20,000 bases of DNA from Thraustochytrium aureum. Lineage: Eukaryota. Of this stretch, positions 17,601 to 20,000 are shown piece after piece. Each line of letters starts with the position of its first letter. Positions within the stretch are counted from its first letter, which is position 1. The stretch lies in assembly GCA_012862495.1 (NCBI GenBank), contig BLSG01000411.1:393545-413544 (forward strand). Reading direction: 5' to 3'. A program made the translations under genes and the position numbers. The notes beneath the pieces are model-generated. The model worked only from the letters and a program-made list of their open reading frames with translations, ran no database searches and was not told the DNA's origin.

Positions 17601-20000
17601 TGCGTGTTGCGCAGAAAAGCCGCGATCTGGACAGGGTCCGGCGGGTCGGCCACGATCCCGGCCTCCACCAAAGCGGCCAAACCTGCCTTCGGTTTGAGGT
17701 TGAACGCTGCAGCGCAGGCCATAAGTTGTCGCTTGGCGCCCTTGTTGCGCATGAGGTCGGCCGGGGTTGGCGTGCCTTCGGGAAGCGCAGCTCCCAGGAC
17801 GTGCTCCAACTCGTTGCTCCCCCGCGAGGCAATCGCGCGCACGCTGATGTGGATGCACCGCAGCGACATGAGCTGCAGCTGGTCGAGCGCCAGCTTGCGC
17901 AGGTGCTTCGGGAACGAGTGGTTCGACAGGTGCACCATGAGGTTTTCGAACACGTTGGTCGAGTTGAGACTGCAGTCAAAGTTGCAGAACAGGTCGATGG
18001 AAACGGACGGGTCCGCCAGGAGGTCTGTCAGGGTCTCGAGCACGAGCCGCCGCGCCTCCCCGTCCGTGTTGCGGACTTTGCCCTCGAGGGCGCGGAGGAA
18101 CACGCTGTTGAAGAAGGCCTGGATCTGCATCNNNNNNNNNNNNNNNNNNNNNNNNNNNNNNNNNNNNNNNNNNNNNNNNNNNNNNNNNNNNNNNNNNNNN
18201 NNNNNNNNNNNNNNNNNNNNNNNNNNNNNNNNNNNNNNNNNNNNNNNNNNNNNNNNNNNNNNNNNNNNNNNNNNNNNNNNNNNNNNNNNNNNNNNNNNNN
18301 NNNNNNNNNNNNNNNNNNNNNNNNNNNNNNNNNNNNNNNNNNNNNNNNNNNNNNNNNNNNNNNNNNNNNNNNNNNNNNNNNNNNNNNNNNNNNNNNNNNN
18401 NNNNNNNNNNNNNNNNNNGCATGCGAGATCAGCATGTGCACGACGCGTAGCGCACGCGTGAGAACCGGGAGGGGTACGCGCGTCGGCCCAACCTCGCTCG
18501 ACGCAGCAGCGGCCGCGGCTGCTGCCACAGCCGCCGCTGCGGCGCTTGTTGCGTTGGGCTCGGTCCCCGATTGGGCGCCGGAGCCGCGCGCGGCGAGCAC
18601 GGCTGGGCTGCGGCCACAGTACTGCGCCTCGAGCCCGGCAAGCGTCGTTGGGATCACCGCGAAGGGGTCTTGCGGCCGCACCCGGCTGCCATCCTGACCT
18701 TGCCGGCCCTGCGGCCGCGGCGGCCCCTCTGCGACGGCCTCGGACTTGGAGCTCGTCGCGTTTGGGTCGTCATCGACAGCAGCCTCGGCGAGAGCCGGGT
18801 TTGCAGGCGACGTGGGCTTTTCCGGCCCCGCAGAAGTGACGCCAGCGCCCGAGCCGTCGCCGAGTGAGGCCATGGAGACGACAGAAACGACGTCCGCGCC
18901 GTCTCCAAAGCCAGCCGCGAAGGAGTGATCGTCCACCGGTCGCCCCGCGACTTGGCATATTTGCAAAAGCGCACGAAACAGGTCGTCGCACAACGTTGCG
19001 TGCAAGGATGGGTCGACGTCTAGGCGGATGCTCCGCTCTACAGGGTCGATCGAAGCCATTACTGCGGTCAGAACCAGCTCGAGGCACACTTGGCGAGCCT
19101 CCATGTCGCTCCAGTTGCCGCCGTGGGGATCGATCCTACGGCATAGGAAGGCGAAAAGCTGTGCGACAAGGCTTCTGGCCTGCGCATTGCTTGATGGCGC
19201 GGCCGCGGAGTCGGCAACTGCCGGGCTCTCTGCGCTCGAGCAGCCCGGGCCAAAGAGGCCCCCCGAACAGCCGGCCGACGAGCGAGGCGAGTTTCTGCAC
19301 AGCGAGCTTGCGAAGCATGTCGGCGTTCGAGGAGGCGACGCTGTTGCGGAAGATTGTGACGATCACGCGCTCCAGCTTGGCGGGGGGCAGAACGAGTGAG
19401 GCGCGCGGGTGTTTGCAAAAAGACCTCGAGGATCTCCAGTGCCCACATGATGGCGATTTCGTCGTCGCCGCTTTCGGTTTGGCGAAACACGCACTCGACC
19501 GTGGCGTCCACAGTGGCGCTCACGAGGGTGGTAAGCTCGCCCGCTTTCATTTCCGCATCCAAGAGGCCAAACCCCGTCAACAGGCGGTGCACGGCAGCAA
19601 GCGCCTCGCCTGTCGTCGTGGCGCTCACCGCGGGGCTCCGGATAATATCGAGCAGAGGCTTGACCACGTCCAGCTCACTGAAGGGGACATCGCTCTTGCA
19701 GCTGGAGATGTACGATCGCATCCTTTCTCGGACGGTGCACGCCGCCGTCATGAGCGCTTGCGCCTCCCGCCGTAGCTCGATGGCGCTCGCAACCTGGAGC
19801 ACGTCCACGAAGAGGCCAGGTTCCCGCAAGCAGAACAAGCTGCGTGTCGCGTGTTGCTGGTGCGCATGGTGGTGGCCGTGGATGTGCTTGTGGCTCTGGT
19901 GGCTACTCCCCGCCCCTTGCCCTCCGCGCGAGCTCGTCCCCCATGCTGGGCGTCGTCCAGCTGGACAAACGAGTACCCCTCAAGTCGCAGCTTTGCGATC
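14518..20000 (-). CDS. GBF1: GBF1/GNOM/Gea-type large Sec7 ARF guanine-nucleotide exchange factor; both ends missing; two +1 frameshifts (~19417-19421, ~19259-19264); gap 18132-18418
   Basis: DCB (KPLLDIIRS...TTGEALAAVHRLL; DDEIAIM..LEIL; DMLRKLA), HUS box (LFCNFDCSLNSTNVFENL), Sec7 (FNLKPKAG, LDKAAIGEFLG, FRLPGEAQMIDRI with catalytic Glu at 17444-17446, IILLNTDLHNP), HDS1 (RYGDTLRQAWPHI) and HDS2 (ANVDRLQLIWP). Frame is open to base 20000. Confidence 0.93.

Noticed and set aside
13427..18130. 1567-aa ORF as a complete protein
   Set aside because: It reads through 959 N. The part below the gap is out of frame with the Hsp33-like sequence, and the true 5' end lies beyond 20000.

Overview
GC-rich, gene-dense, apparently intron-poor eukaryotic (protist-like; a stramenopile/thraustochytrid-type genome is my inference) draft scaffold with five N gaps (225-596, 2907-3729, 7303-7432, 13559-14517, 18132-18418). 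Left to right it carries: a degenerate ORF that may be a non-LTR retroelement remnant, a short atypical protein kinase (-), TCF25/Rqc1 (+), RBM34/Nop12 (-), ERCC6/CSB/Rad26 (-), a repeat-packed divergent intergenic region, MRG15/Eaf3 (+), the 3' end of an Hsp33-like redox chaperone (-) and a GBF1/GNOM-type Sec7 ARF-GEF (-) that runs off the window. Four genes are broken by frameshifts, mostly explained by one extra base in a short homopolymer, which most likely reflects sequencing error. I see no clearly new multi-gene system. The best leads are a UBZ4-type zinc finger inside CSB, a four-Cys Hsp33 zinc switch in a eukaryote, a truncated effector-like kinase, and a 29-bp minisatellite bracketed by splice signals upstream of MRG15.
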